From NCBI RefSeq assembly GCF_009914755.1, contig NC_060944.1: a stretch of 64,000 bases of DNA. One strand, written 5' to 3'. Source of the stretch: the human T2T-CHM13v2.0 reference genome, Homo sapiens. Both the position numbers and the translations under genes were made by a program. The notes under the pieces were generated by a model. It searched no databases and had not been told where the DNA came from. It saw nothing but the letters and a program-made list of their open reading frames with translations. Shown here piece by piece: positions 29,847-52,405 of the stretch (its first letter is position 1; every line of letters starts with the position of its first letter).

Positions 29847-31442
29847 AATTGTCTATTCATGTCCTTAGCCTACTTTTTGATGGGATTGTTTGTTTTTTCT
29901 TGCTAATTTGTTTGAGCTCGTTGTAGATTCTGGATATTATTTCTTTGTCAGATATACAGATTGTGAAGATTTTCTCCCATTCTGTGGATTTTCTGTTAAC
30001 TCTGCTGACTGTTCCTTTTGCCGTGAAAAAGCTCTTTAGTTTAATTAAATCCCACCTATTTATCTTTGTTTTTCTTGCATTTGCTGTTGGGTTCTTGGTC
30101 ATGAAATCCTTGCTAAGCCAATGTCTAGAAGGGTGTTTTTGATGTCATCTTCTAGAATTTTTATACTTTCAGGTCCTAGATTTAAGTCCTTGATCCATCT
30201 TGAGTTGATTTTTGTATAAGGTGAGAGATAAAGATCAAGTTTCATTCCCCTACTTGTGGCTTGCCAATTATCCCAGCACCATTTGTTGGGTAGGGTGTTC
30301 TTTCCCCACTTTGTTTTTGTTTGCTTTGTCAAAGATCAGTTGGTTGTAAATATTTGGGTTAATTTCTGGGTTCTCCATTATGTTCCATTTGTCTACGTGC
30401 CTGTTTTTATACCAGAACCATGCTGTTTTGGTGACTATGGTCTTATGATACAGTTTGAAATCAGGTAATGTGATGCCTTCTGATTTGTTCTTTTTGTTTA
30501 GTATTGCTTTGGCTATGTGGGCTCTTTTTTGTTCCATATGAATTTTAGGACTGTTTTTTCTAGTTCTGTGAAGAATGATGATGGTTTTTTGATGGCAATT
30601 GCATTGAATTTGTAGATTGCTTTTGGCAGTATGGTCATAGACAATTCTCAGAAGATATACAAATGGCCAACAAACATATGAAAATATGCTCAACATTACT
30701 AATGATCAGGGAAATGCAAATTACAACCACAATGTGATACCACCTTATTCTCTCAAGAATGGTCATAATAAAAAAAAAATAGATGTTGGTGTGAATGTAG
30801 TGAAAAGGAAACACTTCTACACTGCTGGTTGGAATGTAAACTAGTACAATCACTATGGACAGCAGTGTGGAGATTCCTTAAAGAACTAAAAGTAGAAGTA
30901 CTATTTGACCCACCAATCCCACTACTGGCTATGTACCCAGAGGAAAAAAAAAGTCATTATCCAAAAAAGATACCTTCACACATATATTTATAGCAGCACA
31001 ATTTGCAATTGCAAAAATATAGAACCAATCCAAATGCCCATCAATCAATGAGTGGATGAAGAAACCATGGTATATATGCACAATGGAATACTACTCAGCC
31101 ATAAAGAGGAAATGAATTAATGGCAGTTGCAGCAACCTGGATGGGATTGAAGACTATTATTCTAAGTGAAGTAACTCAGGAATGGAGAACCAAACATCAT
31201 ATATTCTCACTTATAATTGGGAGCTAAGCTATAAGGATTCAAAACCTTAAGAATGACACAATAGACTTTGGGGACTCAGGGAGAAATGGGAGAACGGTGT
31301 GAGTGATAAAAGGCTACAAATTGGGTTCAGTGTATTCAGATGAGGTGGTGGATGCACCAAAATCTTACAAATCTATAAAGAACTTACTAATGTAACCAAA
31401 TGCCACCTGTTGTCCTAAAACCTATGGAAATAAAAAAATGTT
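29847..31442 (+). mobile_element. L1PB1-like 5'-inverted insertion (29847-~30636 minus; ~30637-31442 plus)
   Basis: TSD TAAAAAGTGG(C/G)CAAAG at 29831-29846 / 31443-31458; L1PB1-type 3' UTR. Confidence 0.85.
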
Positions 31443-31901
31443 TAAAAAGTGGGCAAAGGACATGAACACTTTTCAAAAGAATACATACATGTGACCAACA
31501 ACCATAGAATACAAAGCTCAATATCACTGATCATTAGAGAAATGCAAATCCAAGGCACAGTGAGACACCATCTCACACTAGTCAGAATGGCTATTATGAA
31601 AAAGTAAAAAAATAACAGATGCTGGCAAGGTTGTGGAGAAAGAGAACACACACACAGTTGGTGGGAGTGTACATTGGTCCCACCATTGTGGAAAGCACAA
31701 CAGTGTTCTCCTCGAAAGATATAAAAGCAGAACTATCACTTGACCCAGCAATCTCATTACTGGGTATATACCCAGAGGTGTATAAATTGTTCTATCATAA
31801 AGACACAAGAACATAAATGTTGCAGCACTATTCACAATAGTAAAGACACGGAATCAACCTAAATGCCCAATGACAGATTGGATACAGATAATATGGCACA
31901 T

Positions 31902-32388
31902 TGTGCAGGAAAATTTAAATATTAAACTTGATCTCTATTGAACAGGGACAGAAACAATGGTCACTAAGTCCTGGAACGAGTTGTGTGAGCCCCTTGAGGC
32001 ATTCATCCAGTGTTGTTATTATTGTAGTTTTTATTATTGTATATTTTTGTATTTTTTTATTATTGTATTTTTATTGTATTGTATTTAGTATTGTAGTTGT
32101 TATTATTGTATTATTAAGTAGTTATTGAAAAACAACAGACAATGGCAAAAACAAGTTGACTTTTTGTATTCCTTGAGCCCAGTCACGAAGGGCCTTCAGG
32201 ACTGGGCCTCATGACAAACAACTTGTTACAAAAAGAGCTCGGTTCCCAGACCACGCTGAAGGTTCATGGGACCTCTCCTCGTCTGTGCATGGACTGCTGG
32301 CCAACTCTGGAGCCCAGGCTGTTGCTTCCTGGTCTGGTGATGAATCCTCCATAGTCTGGCGAGTGTAAAACAAAAATATATATATATA

Positions 32389-32446
<58 letters not shown>

Positions 32447-32885
32447 TATACACATACATACGTATATATACACACATATATGTATATACATATATACGTA
32501 TATATGTACATATATAGATATATGTACATAGATATATGTACATATATCGATATATGTACATATATACGTATATATGTACATATACGTATATATGTACATA
32601 TATAGATATATGTACATATATACGTATATGTACATATACATATATATGCAAATATACGTATATATATTACATATATATACACATATATACGTATATATAT
32701 TACATATATATACACACACACATATATATACACATTTTCCCTTCTCCCCTTCCCATTACAATTTGTTTATTGTATCATTTGCTTATTATATCTATATTGC
32801 CATATACTTGGGATAAAGTCTGTTTACCCTTAAAAGTATTGTGTGTTTCTTTTCTTCTTTCCTCACACATTTCCCACACAGAACA
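31902..32885 (+). mobile_element. ERVL solo LTR (LTR66-like) with expanded microsatellites
   Basis: Termini tgtgcaggaaaatttaaatattaa...cacacagaaca; exact 5-bp TSD CACAT. Family name tentative. Confidence 0.7.
32376..32733. repeat. Compound (TA)n/(TG)n/TATATGTACA satellite
   Basis: Directly visible; source of the spurious Y/I/V/C-rich ORFs. Confidence 0.97.
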
Positions 32886-33174
32886 CACATAAGCACCATG
32901 GAATACTATGCAGTTATGTGTTCACACTTATAGGTGGGAGCTAAATAATGAGAACTTATGAACACAAAGAAGGAAACAACAGACAACAGACACTGGGGTC
33001 TACTTGAGGGGGGAAGGTGGGAAGAGGGAAAGGAACAGAAAAGATAACTATGGGGTATTGGGCTTAATACCTGGGTTATGAAATAATCTGTATAACAAGC
33101 CCCTGTGATACGAGTTTGTCTATGTAACAAACCTTCACCTGTTCCCCCGAGCCTAAAATAAAAAATTTTTTAAT

Positions 33175-35130
<1,956 letters not shown>

Positions 35131-35139
35131 CTTGGGTGT

Positions 35140-38100
35140 GAGAGTAAAGCAAGATGGCAGAAAGAAGGCTCCACTGATTGTCCCTCCTGCAAGGACACCA
35201 GATGAACAACTATTAATATCCACATAGAAAATACATTCATAGGAACCAAAGATCAGATGAGTACTCAAAGTACCTGGTTTTAACCTGAGATCACTGAAAG
35301 AGGCACTGAAGAGACAGAAAAAACAGTCCTGAAATCACCGTTTCCTCATCCCCAGCAGTGATGGCATGCTGCAGAGATCAACTCTGGGTTCTGCGGGAGG
35401 GAGACACAGCAATTGTGAGGCACTGCACCCAGTGCTGTCCTGTTAGAGCTGAAAGGAAAACCAGACCAAGTGCAGTTAATGCCCATCTACAGAGGGATCA
35501 ATTAAACCAGCCCCAGCCAGAGGAGAATCAGATTCCAGTGGTTGGAACTTCAGTGTTTGGAAACCTGGCAACTAAGGGCTCCCGCACTCTGTGTGTCTAA
35601 GAAAACTTGAAAGGCAGCCTAGGCCATCAGGACTGCAACTCTTAGGTGAGGCCTAGGGCTGAACCGGGCCCAGGGACAGTGGACTTGGTGGGGAGGGCAT
35701 GCAACATACTGAGACACCAGCTGGGGCAGCCAAAGGACTTCTGGCATTATCATTCCACTAACACCAGATTGCACAGCTCATGGCTCCAAAAGGGACCTCA
35801 TCCTTCTGCTTGAGGAGAGGAGGGAAAAGAATAGGGAGTATTTGTCTTTCATCCTGGACACAAGCTCAGCCACAGCAAGATAGTGCACTGGTCAGAATCC
35901 TGCAACCTCCTTTCCAGTCTCTGGCTCCTAGATATTCCTAGACACACCCTGGGCCAGAAGGAAACCTGCTGCCTTGAAGAAAAGGACCATGTGCTGGCAG
36001 GATTTATTGCCTGCAAACTTGAAAATCTTTGGGCTCTGAATAACCAGCAGCCATACCCAGGTACTACATCAAGGGCCTTGGATGACTCTCATAGACTTGT
36101 TAGATTTAGGTGAACTCAGCACATTACCAGCTCTGGTGGCTAAAAGGCAAAACTCCTTCTTCTTGGGAAAAGTAGAGGGAAAATTAAAGTGGACTTTGTC
36201 TTGCCCCTTAGGTACCAGCAAGGCCAGAGGTGGGTAGAGCACCAAGCGAACTTTTGGAATCCCTGATTCTAGGACTTGATTCTTGGTTGGCATTTATGAA
36301 GCTCCCCAGGGCCAGTAGGGATCCCATTGTCCTGAAAACGCAAGTCCCAGGCCAGGCAGCATTCATCACAAGCTGACAAGAGGCTTTGGGCCTTAAGGGA
36401 ACATTGGTGGTAGCCTGGCAGTACTCATTGTGGCCTGAGGTGGTGGTGGCTACCCTGCCTTTAGGAAAGGAAGGGAGGAATAGGAAGGACTATGTCTTGT
36501 GGTTTGAGTGCCAGATCAGCTGCAAGGCAATAGAATGTCAAGTGGACTTCTAAAATTTTTGACTCTACTCCCTGACTTCTGAGTGGCACTTCTGGACCCA
36601 GCCAGGGACTGAGGGCACTCACTGCCCTAAAGGAAAGAACACAGGCCTGGATGGCTTTGCCACCTGCTAATTATAGAGACCAAAGGCCTTGAGTGAACAT
36701 AGGCAGTCGTCAGAAAGTGCATGCAGCAGGACTTGAGCAAGACCCGGTGCTGTGCTAACTTCAGGTCTGATCCAGGGCAGTCATAGTGCTGGTGGCCAGG
36801 GGTGCTTGTGTCTTTCTTCTCCCAGCTTTAGGTGGCTTAGAACAGAGAGAAAGACTCTGTATCTTTGAGAGAAAATAACGGTAGAGAACAAGAGTCTCTG
36901 GCTAGTAATCCAGAAAATTCTCCTGGATCTTGTTGAAGGCTGTCAAGGTGGTACTTCTCTGAGTCTGGAAGACTCAGAGAAGGTACCCATAAAGCAGATA
37001 TGGCTTAGATCACAACACCCAAGTCTTTTCAAATATGTGAAAAGTCTTCCCAAGAAAGACAGCTACAAATAAGCCCAGACAATGGAGACTACAATAAATA
37101 CTCACCTTTTCTCTTTTTTAATTTTATTTTTTAAACCTCTCATATGGTGCTGCATGCCCAAGATTTTAATGTCCAGACACTGAAGAACATCTACTAGCAT
37201 CAACACCATCCAGGAAAACATGACCTCACCAAGCGTACTAAATAAGGCACCAGGGACAAATAATGGAGAAAAAGAGATATGTGACCTTTCAGACAGATAA
37301 TTTAAAATAGCTGTATTTAAAAAAAAATTGAAAGAACTTTAAGATAACAAAGTAAAGAAATTCCAAATTTTATCAGCTAAACTCAACAAAGAGACTGAAA
37401 TAGTTACAACAAATTAAGCAGAAATTCTGGAGCTGAAAAATGCAATTGGCATGCTGAAGAATGCATTGGAGCCATTTAATAGCAGAATGGATCAAGCAGA
37501 AGAAATAGTGAGCTTGAAGACAGACTATTTGAAAATACATAGTCAGAAGAGAAAAAGAAAAAGAATAAAAACAACAAATCATGCCTACAGGATCTAGAAA
37601 AATAGCCTCACAAAGACAGATCTAAGAGTTATTGGTTTTAAAGAAGATGTAGAGAAAGAGGCAGGGGTAGAAAAATTTATTCAAAGGGATAATGACAAAA
37701 AACTTTGCAAACCTAGAGAAAGATATCCATATCCAACTACAAAAATGTTATAGGACATTAAGCAGATTTAACCCAAAAAAGACTACTTCAAAGCATTCAA
37801 TAGATCTTCCAAAAGTCAAAGATAAAGAAAAGTTCTAAAGGAAGAAAGAGAAAGGAAACAAGTAACATACCGGTGAGCTCCAACACATCTGGCAGCAGAC
37901 TTTACAGTGGAAAGCCTACCGGCCGGGAGAGAGAAACAATAAACATTTAAAGTACTAAAGGAAAAAAACTTTCACCTTAGAATAGCATATACAGTGAAAA
38001 TGTTCTTCAAATAAAAAGAAGAAATACTGACTTTTCCAGACAAACAAAAGCTGAAGTATTTTATGAATACCATGTCTGTCCTAAAGGAATGCTAAAGAGA

Positions 38101-38356
38101 GTACTTCAATCAGGAAGAAAAGGACATTAATGAGCAATAAATGATCACCTAAAGGTAAAAAAAAATCCTCACTGCTAATAGGATACAAAACAAAACAGAA
38201 TATTGTAACACTATAGCTGTGTGGTGTGCAAACTACTCTTATTCAAAGTAGGAATACTAAATAATATCCAATCAAAAGTAATAACTACAACAACATTTCA
38301 AGACATAGCACAATAAAATATAAATAGAAACAACAAACAGTTAAAAAGTGAAGGGA
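35140..38356 (+). mobile_element. L1M1-type 5' UTR and ORF1, truncated at the duplication breakpoint
   Basis: gcaagatggcaga 5' end; ORF1 remnant ~37215-38130; ends abruptly at 38356. Confidence 0.82.
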
Positions 38357-39127
38357 TGAGCACACCTGTCCTGAGCCGGCCGATGTGGTGGAAGCTCGGA
38401 GCTCGGGAGCCGGGGAAGCCCTGGAGCGTGGGCGGAAGGGAGGCAGCCTGGAGAGCCAGAAGCCTGGGCAAGGGACGGAGGCCTCCGGCGCCCCCCAGCA
38501 ACAGCAGGGCTGCGCCACATTGGTCCTGCGCCAGGACGGCGGGACGCTCAGGGAGGCCGGCGGAAAGCGCAGCTCGGCGACTGGTGGTGTTTGGGCTGAG
38601 ACGGGGAGAGCAGCCAGGCCACCCGCAAGCGGCTGCAGGGTGCCTGATCCCAGCCTCGTGGCCCCGGGTTGGTTATGACGCCTTGAATCAGGCGCGCGTA
38701 GCTGGACCGGGCTCTTGTCTACTGCCATTGTCTACGGCCATACCACTCTGAACACGAGAGAAACCCAAGCGGCGGCCCGTGGCACGCTCGGCGCCACTGC
38801 TCCCGCCACAGGGACAGGCGCACTCCACAACTTTTAGGGCCCACAGCACCAAGAGGACAGGGAGAAGCCAACAAAGGAATGACGCTAGGAAACGCACCCC
38901 CAAAGCCACCAACCAATCCAAGTAAAAACACGTTTCAGGGTTCCGCTGGTTTTCCCGCTTGGGCGGCCCTGCCCCCCTGTTCCAGCCCGGCCCAGGCACC
39001 CTCCACCCTACCCTGGCCAAAGGGTCCCCTGTATACCAGAGCAGAGCCTCCCTCTCCAAGGCTCTGTTGCTATCCCTCTCTAGCTCCCTCACCCTCTCCC
39101 TTTCTCTACTTCCCTCTCCACCTTGCC

Positions 39128-39163
<36 letters not shown>

Positions 39164-39377
39164 CGCTGTTTCTCTCTCTCCATCCCTCTGTCCCTTGCTC
39201 TTCTTCAAGCTGTCTGTGTCTTTGTGTGTCTGCGTGTATGCTTGTGTTCCCGCGCGTGCACCCGTGTGTGTCTGTGTGTTTGGGAGTGGGTTTGCTAGTG
39301 ATTGTGGTGGGGCGTGTCTGGATGTCCGTCAGTACCTTTGTCACGGGATCAGGCTGCCGACTCTATTGCCAGCGCGT
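38357..39377 (+). repeat. 5S rDNA repeat intergenic spacer remnant (upstream and downstream spacer, CT/GT tracts)
   Basis: GC/CpG-rich spacer, partial D-box GGCTCTT (38710-38716), (CT)15 at 39131-39160 and GT-rich tract as in the human 5S unit (recalled). Confidence 0.75.
38730..38756 (+). pseudogene. RNA5SP: 5S rRNA 5' fragment (nt 1-27)
   Basis: GTCTACGGCCATACCACTCTGAACACG vs 5S GTCTACGGCCATACCACCCTGAACGCG (2 mismatches); internal A/C-box promoter absent. Confidence 0.85.
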
Positions 39378-43350
<3,973 letters not shown>

Positions 43351-43396
43351 TCTATTTTTCAACATTATATGATCCCATTGTGTGTATCTGTGTGTT

Positions 43397-43635
43397 AACA
43401 TTTTTAGCAATAAAGTTCATTTTCATTAAGATATGTATATTGTTATTTAGACATGTTATTTATGTGTGTGCATTTGTTTAATAGACATAAATTTATTTCA
43501 GTGTTATTCTACAGCATAGTGTAAGCATAACTCATAAGCAGTGTCAACCCAAAAATTGTGTGACTCGCGTTACTGTGATTATTTTATACTGCAGTGGTCG
43601 AGAATAAAATCTCTATATCTCCAATTTATATCTGT
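43397..43635 (+). mobile_element. Tigger1 3' fragment
   Basis: catttttagcaataaag...aaaaattgtgtgactcgc resembles the Tigger1 end. Confidence 0.65.
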
Positions 43636-44311
43636 GTATTACCATTAAATTGGCCCCATTTCCTGTAGTGATAGAACATTATTCCCAGACTATGACAGGA
43701 GCTGTGGACTGTGGGGAGGTCAGGGTTAGGATGATGCAGAAGTGAAGTTAAGACATTCTCTCTTTCACATCTTTATTAAATACAAATTCCAGATGCAAGA
43801 AATTTAAAATTCCAAACAATATTAATGTTTATTTCATTATTACATAAAATGAAAATTATAAAGCAACCAAACAAGTCATTAATACACTTAGATAATGAAA
43901 GATTGTATGATCTCAGTACAAAATACAAGTAGAATATATGACAAATATAACAAAATATGCTGTATTGTAGTAGGTGATGAAATCTCCATATCCTGCAATA
44001 CAGTGCAATCAATTGAAATGTATGAAATACAATAAAGTATAAATTCAGGATGTTTAAAATGAAATAAAACATGAGACAGATGAATAAGTACAATCATTTA
44101 CCATTTAATATATCTTGACTTAAATTTTATGTAGAAATATTAAAAGTAAACAGCTTGCATAGTAATTTTACTATGCAAACTGTAAAAATGTATAGACATT
44201 TTCCCACAGGGAGTGCTATTAATGGTTTGTGGATATTAGTACTCCATGGGTTCAGGCTAGAAGAGTGAGAGCCTACAACCTTTTCTGAATTAAAAGAGAA
44301 GCAATTTCTTG

Positions 44312-44601
<290 letters not shown>

Positions 44602-44936
44602 TTATATTTACTTTTCTACAATCTAAAATATGCAAATTCATGATTACAATCTAATATTTTTCTGATTATATAGAAATGCACGACTGTCACCAGACATCCA
44701 AAAGGCATCAAATGTCTAACATGAAATATAAAATTTGTCTATAGCCTTAGCGGTCTGCAAAATTCAGGGCTCACCATTCTGAGTATAGAGCTCAAGTTTC
44801 TTTCCTATGACTTCTTCAGGTTCTGTCATTTATTAACACAGTGCATCTAAAATTGTCACTGCTGGTCATCTGGAAGAATCTGAGAAGAAGCAGGTCCTTG
44901 TTCTCATTCCCAGAGCTGCATCTGTGCTGAATAGGG

Positions 44937-46595
<1,659 letters not shown>

Positions 46596-46669
46596 GTTGA
46601 AGCTCAAGTGAAAGGTGCGCTCTCTCACACGTCCAAAGGCAGAGTGTGGGTTATTCTGCTAGACCTGCC

Positions 46670-46710
46670 TTTTATAGGTCCCTTGGCTGGGCGTGGCTTA
46701 CTCTTATTGG
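46670..46710 (-). promoter_or_regulatory. FRG2-like core promoter: TATAAAA, GC box, CCAAT
   Basis: TATAAAA 46670-46676, GGGCGTGGC ~46689-46697, CCAAT 46706-46710, 75-115 bp upstream of the ATG. Confidence 0.75.
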
Positions 46711-47080
46711 CTGAAGAGTTTTCTCATTCCTGCCGCTTCTTAGATCCTCAATCAGAAGTTTCTTGCTGTAGTTCTACTGGGGACCTAGACACAGTTAATG
46801 GGAGACATTTTCAGGATCTTGTCATAATGTCAAGAAAACAAAGAACTGGGAGCACAGGGACCGGAAGATCAGGGAATCATTTCATCCGATTTCTGTCCCA
46901 GTTCCTACCTGGAAGTATTTATGATCCTGTTCACCTTTCAAGATGCACAATTAAACATGCCTATATTGACATATGTTATATATTTTGCACAGAAAGAAAA
47001 TTTATTGTACATAGTGTTAACATTGCATGCATAGATATAATTTCTTAAATGCTTGGAAACAACAAATGTCAAATTATGGT

Positions 47081-47239
47081 TGATTGTATTAGAACCACAC
47101 ATATATGAAGAAATAAAAATGCAGAGAAAAAAATAAATACCAAATGAAATGGCCCTTCCTACCTTAAAAATGGGGAAGATAATTAGATCAAATGCAATAA
47201 AATTGAATTGATTAGGTTGAGCTAGTGCTAACCTAATCA
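47081..47239. promoter_or_regulatory. Cluster of DUX4-type binding motifs upstream of the FRG2-like gene
   Basis: TAACCTAATCA 47229-47239 (perfect TAAYBBAATCA), TGATTAGGTTG 47209-47219, TGATTGTATTA 47081-47091, TAATTAGATCA 47180-47190. Confidence 0.7.
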
Positions 47240-48542
47240 GCCCCTGATTCCTGAGGTAGCAAAAAGTCTAGGTGGAAAAACTTTCCCCCTTTCTCACCCT
47301 TCCTCAGTCATCCTGGGAGCACCATTGTGTTCTGTGGAATTTATTCAGCCTCCCTAGTAAAAATGGACTTGGTCTCAAACAGGTAACCCAACCGATCACA
47401 AGAAAAACAGCCTAGATTCTGAACATTCAGCTCCTGTCTTCACACCGCAGACACCACCTGAATCCCGTCAAAGTCCACATTATTTCTCAACATCCACCAT
47501 ATTCCGGGGCAGCCTCTCAAAATTGCCGCAGTGAGACAGGACAAGGTGTGGTGGAGCTCCAGGTTCAGAATAGCTGCCTCATCCCTTCCTACTGCGGCGG
47601 AGTCTGTCTCTGCTGGTCAGAACCCTCCAGCTAGCCTAGTCTATGTCCAAGCAAGTGTCCCCTAAAAGGACCTTCTTCTCTCCCCCACTGCTGAGGAAAG
47701 CATGCAGGAATGAGACTTTCTATGTTAGGGAGTACTCAGCCTCCAGTCCCAAATGACTTGATTGACTGATGAACTGATTCCTTGAGGAGGAGAAAGACAC
47801 GGGGAAGAGACTGTGTTGGGTGAGTCTGTGTTTTCCCAGCTGTGCTGCCTGTGCAAATAGTGGAACCAAAAAAGAATTAGTGGTAGACAGACACTGCCTA
47901 GTGAAATTGTCTGAATGTAAATGGAACTTATCATAATATGATATTGTTATATATTATATTATATTATAAAATTTATTTGACGTCTAAATAAATTTTGATA
48001 TATTATGATATAATATATAAAATTTGGTCAAGTAATTTTATAAGAAAATTGAGTTAAATTTTTTAACAATATTAACATATAAACTCAATAGAAAGCTAGG
48101 AAAATTGTCTACTCTTGTGTAAATGACTTCTTTTTGGATAACTCTGTAAAAGGTGTGAAGAGGGGTCTGCTACTTACTTGATAGTAAGTACTTGATAAGA
48201 CATCGACTTCCACATCTTTGCTGTTTTTAACCAGTGCCCTTTCAAGACATGAGAATATTTTACTCTAAGAAAGTATTTTCATAGATATCATATTAGGAAT
48301 TTCGTCCATTTTAGTTAATAAATTATTATGACATTTAGTGATTATTAATAATTTATGTCACTGTTAAAGTATACTCCTACAGACAACATATTACATATGT
48401 GTTTTGATTTGTCCTTTAATCTCAGGTAAATTTTTTAAATTTTTATTTATTAAATTCTATATATTTTAGATAAAAGAGACCTTGTAACTGCCATATGATG
48501 TACTTTCTTAGAAAGAGAAATTCTCAGGCAAAACTCAGGCCT

Positions 48543-48841
<299 letters not shown>

Positions 48842-48964
48842 TCAGGCTTATTTTTATCAAAATCTAGATTTTAAATAACATTTCTAGGTGTCTCCTTTCA
48901 ATAAAAATCCAAACCAAAACAAACAAAAAATTTCTAGGTAATTCCCATGAATATTAATATCTGT

Positions 48965-49915
<951 letters not shown>

Positions 49916-51444
49916 GTAGAGATAACACAAAATTGGCATGTTATTAGTTGTTGTTGAGCCTGGGTAACAGGCCTATTGTACTGTTTCTTTTATTTTGTGT
50001 ATGTTTTAAATTTTCTGTAATAAAACATGTACAATAATACAAAGTTGATATACAATGTTAGCTCTTAAGATCTTAGTGACTTTGGGGGAGCAAAAAGAGA
50101 GAAAGTGGTTGCCAGGGCATCAGTGAAGCTGGTTCTATTTCTAGGTTACACACGTGTGTTCACTTTGAAATAATTCATTGAACTTTACATGATTTCTTTG
50201 TACACATCTTTCTGCATGAATGTTATACATATATAAAAATTTAAATATTACCTATTTGCACACAATTTTAACATCATATCTCAGAAGAATAGCACTGTTT
50301 TGTATTGTTTTAAAGTGGGACATGTTTGCTCAGGGCATCATCAGATGGATATTAATATTCCAAGGTATTTACTTATGTCCTAACACTTCGGTGACCTTCT
50401 AGGTCTTCCCATGATTACATCAATTTAGTAAGTAAGATAGTTTTAATTTTTTAGGGTATAGGCCAAGCATGGTGGCTCATGCCTACACTCTCAGCTCTTT
50501 GGGAGGCCAAGGCAGGAGGATCATTCGAGTCCAGTGTTTTGGTTTTTTTTGGATGCAATTATTATTCAGCAAAGTCCTCTCCCCACAGTGAGGTTCAGCA
50601 ATGCAAGGGCACCTAGTGCGTAATATGCATTTGGTATGAGTAGAACTGGATTGAATCAGGAATAAAATGTGTAGCAGAGGTCAGTTCGGCAAGGAAAATT
50701 AGGTAATGCAGGTAAGGTCAGAAGACCACAACCCAGGAGCAAATCTTTCCATTTATTTCAGGAACCCATTTGCCACTAGTTCACCGGAAAAGGCTGATTT
50801 AAACCGTTCATTTCAGGAAACCATCTGTCACTAGTTCACTGGAAGGGGCTGACTTAAAGCAGCAGTTTGGGGGCTTGGTTGTTCCCCATAGTCATCCAGA
50901 GAGCTTTAAACAGCTCTGTGGCTCAGGTCCCACTGCAGGGATTCTGAATTCATTTATCTATTGCCTTTTGAGTTTAGGTAATTTTAAAAGCCTCCCTGGT
51001 GATTCTCATGTGCACCCAGGGGGAAAAATCCCTGGTTCAGGGTGAGAAATGCATTTGCTGCTCATGCATTCTATGTGTGCAGCTGTGATTTGCCCCATGG
51101 CCACTCCTGAGTTTGGGGTCTTAGAAAATACACTTGTCCTGTTAAAAATCAAAAAACAACTTCAAGACACACTCAGCTGTTTGGCTAAAATGCAACAGGA
51201 GAAAATATCTTCTCAACAGATGTACCTGGATTGCACTTGCTTTCAGAGTAAAAGGTGGTTTCAAGCACAATATAGCACTTTTTTCCTACAGGCTTTCAAG
51301 GCCTTTTACTATCATACCCTTATGAATCACAGGAATAAAAAAAAATCATAGTTATATAACTGTCAAATATTGTATTAGGAAAAAAATTAAGGGCATGTCT
51401 TCCGTGCTTAGTTACCCTGATTAAAATCAGTTAAGACCCATCTG

Positions 51445-51731
51445 CCTGGTGTGGTGGCTCACACCTGTAATTCCAGCACTTTGAAAGGCAGAGGCTGGAG
51501 GATCACGAGCTCAGGAGTTCAAGAACAGCCTGCTCAACATAACAAAACCCCATCTCTGCCAAAAATACAAATATTATCTGATTGTGGTAGTATGCATGTG
51601 TGGTCCCAGCTACTTGGGAGGCTGAGGTGGGAGAATCGTTGGAGCACAGAATGTCAAAGCTGCAGTAAGCCACTGCACCCCAGCCAGAATGACAGGGAAA
51701 GAGACCCTGTCTCAGAAGTAAAAATAAATAA
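51445..51731 (+). mobile_element. Alu (diverged)
   Basis: Alu consensus. Confidence 0.9.
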
Positions 51732-51950
51732 AGAGACCCATTCTTTCAGACACCCTCCTTCTTCTACATAAAACACAGGGCTTTTGACTGAAATGTTTTA
51801 AGATGAACTGAAGATTCTCCCACGATCAGGAGCAGTAGATAGGGGTTGCTCCCTTCCTGTTCTTTGAGTTGAAGCAAGGCAGAGGTCTGGAAACTCAAAC
51901 TGGTAAATACTCAAACTGGTAAATATATCAATTGCTTTCTTTTCATATGA

Positions 51951-52334
51951 TGTATTAAGCTATTCTTGCATTGCTATTTAAAAAATCTGAGACTGGGTAA
52001 TTTATAAGAAAAGAGTTTGACTGGCTCATGGTTCTGCAGGCTGTACAGGAAGCATAGCACCAGCATCTGCTTCTGGGAAGGCCTGGGGAAGCTTACAATC
52101 ATGGTGAAAGAGAAGCAGGTATCTCACATGGTAGAAGCAGAAACAAGAAAGATGAGGAAGGGATGGACCACACTTCTAAACAACCAGATCTCGCGAGTAC
52201 TCACTATCACAAGGACGGCACAGAGCCATGAGGGACTCACCCGGTGATTCAACCACCTCCTCTCCAGGCCCCACCTGCCACATTGGGGATTAAAATTCAA
52301 TATGAGATTTGGAGGGGACATCTAAACTACATCA
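51951..52334 (+). mobile_element. MSTA-like solo LTR
   Basis: tgtattaagctattcttgcattgctat...aaactacatca. Confidence 0.88.
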
Positions 52335-52405
52335 CATGACCATCAGAAAAACAGATGAAGAATTCATGGTTTCTATTGTCCAGGAACTTTTCATCTAGAG
52401 CAAAC

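Larger units (their letters stand above)
27572..33165 (+). mobile_element. L1PA12/13-like ORF2 and 3' UTR (5'-truncated), host of nested L1PB1 and LTR
   Basis: RT remnants 28094-29037 ([13 protein letters not shown]; VSGYKINVQ); 3' UTR and A tail at 33157-33165. Confidence 0.9.

Noticed and set aside
32209-32892. Six long overlapping Y/I/V/C-rich ORFs
   Set aside because: Translation of a TA microsatellite.
38730-38756. Functional 5S rRNA gene
   Set aside because: Only 27 nt; internal promoter and terminator missing.
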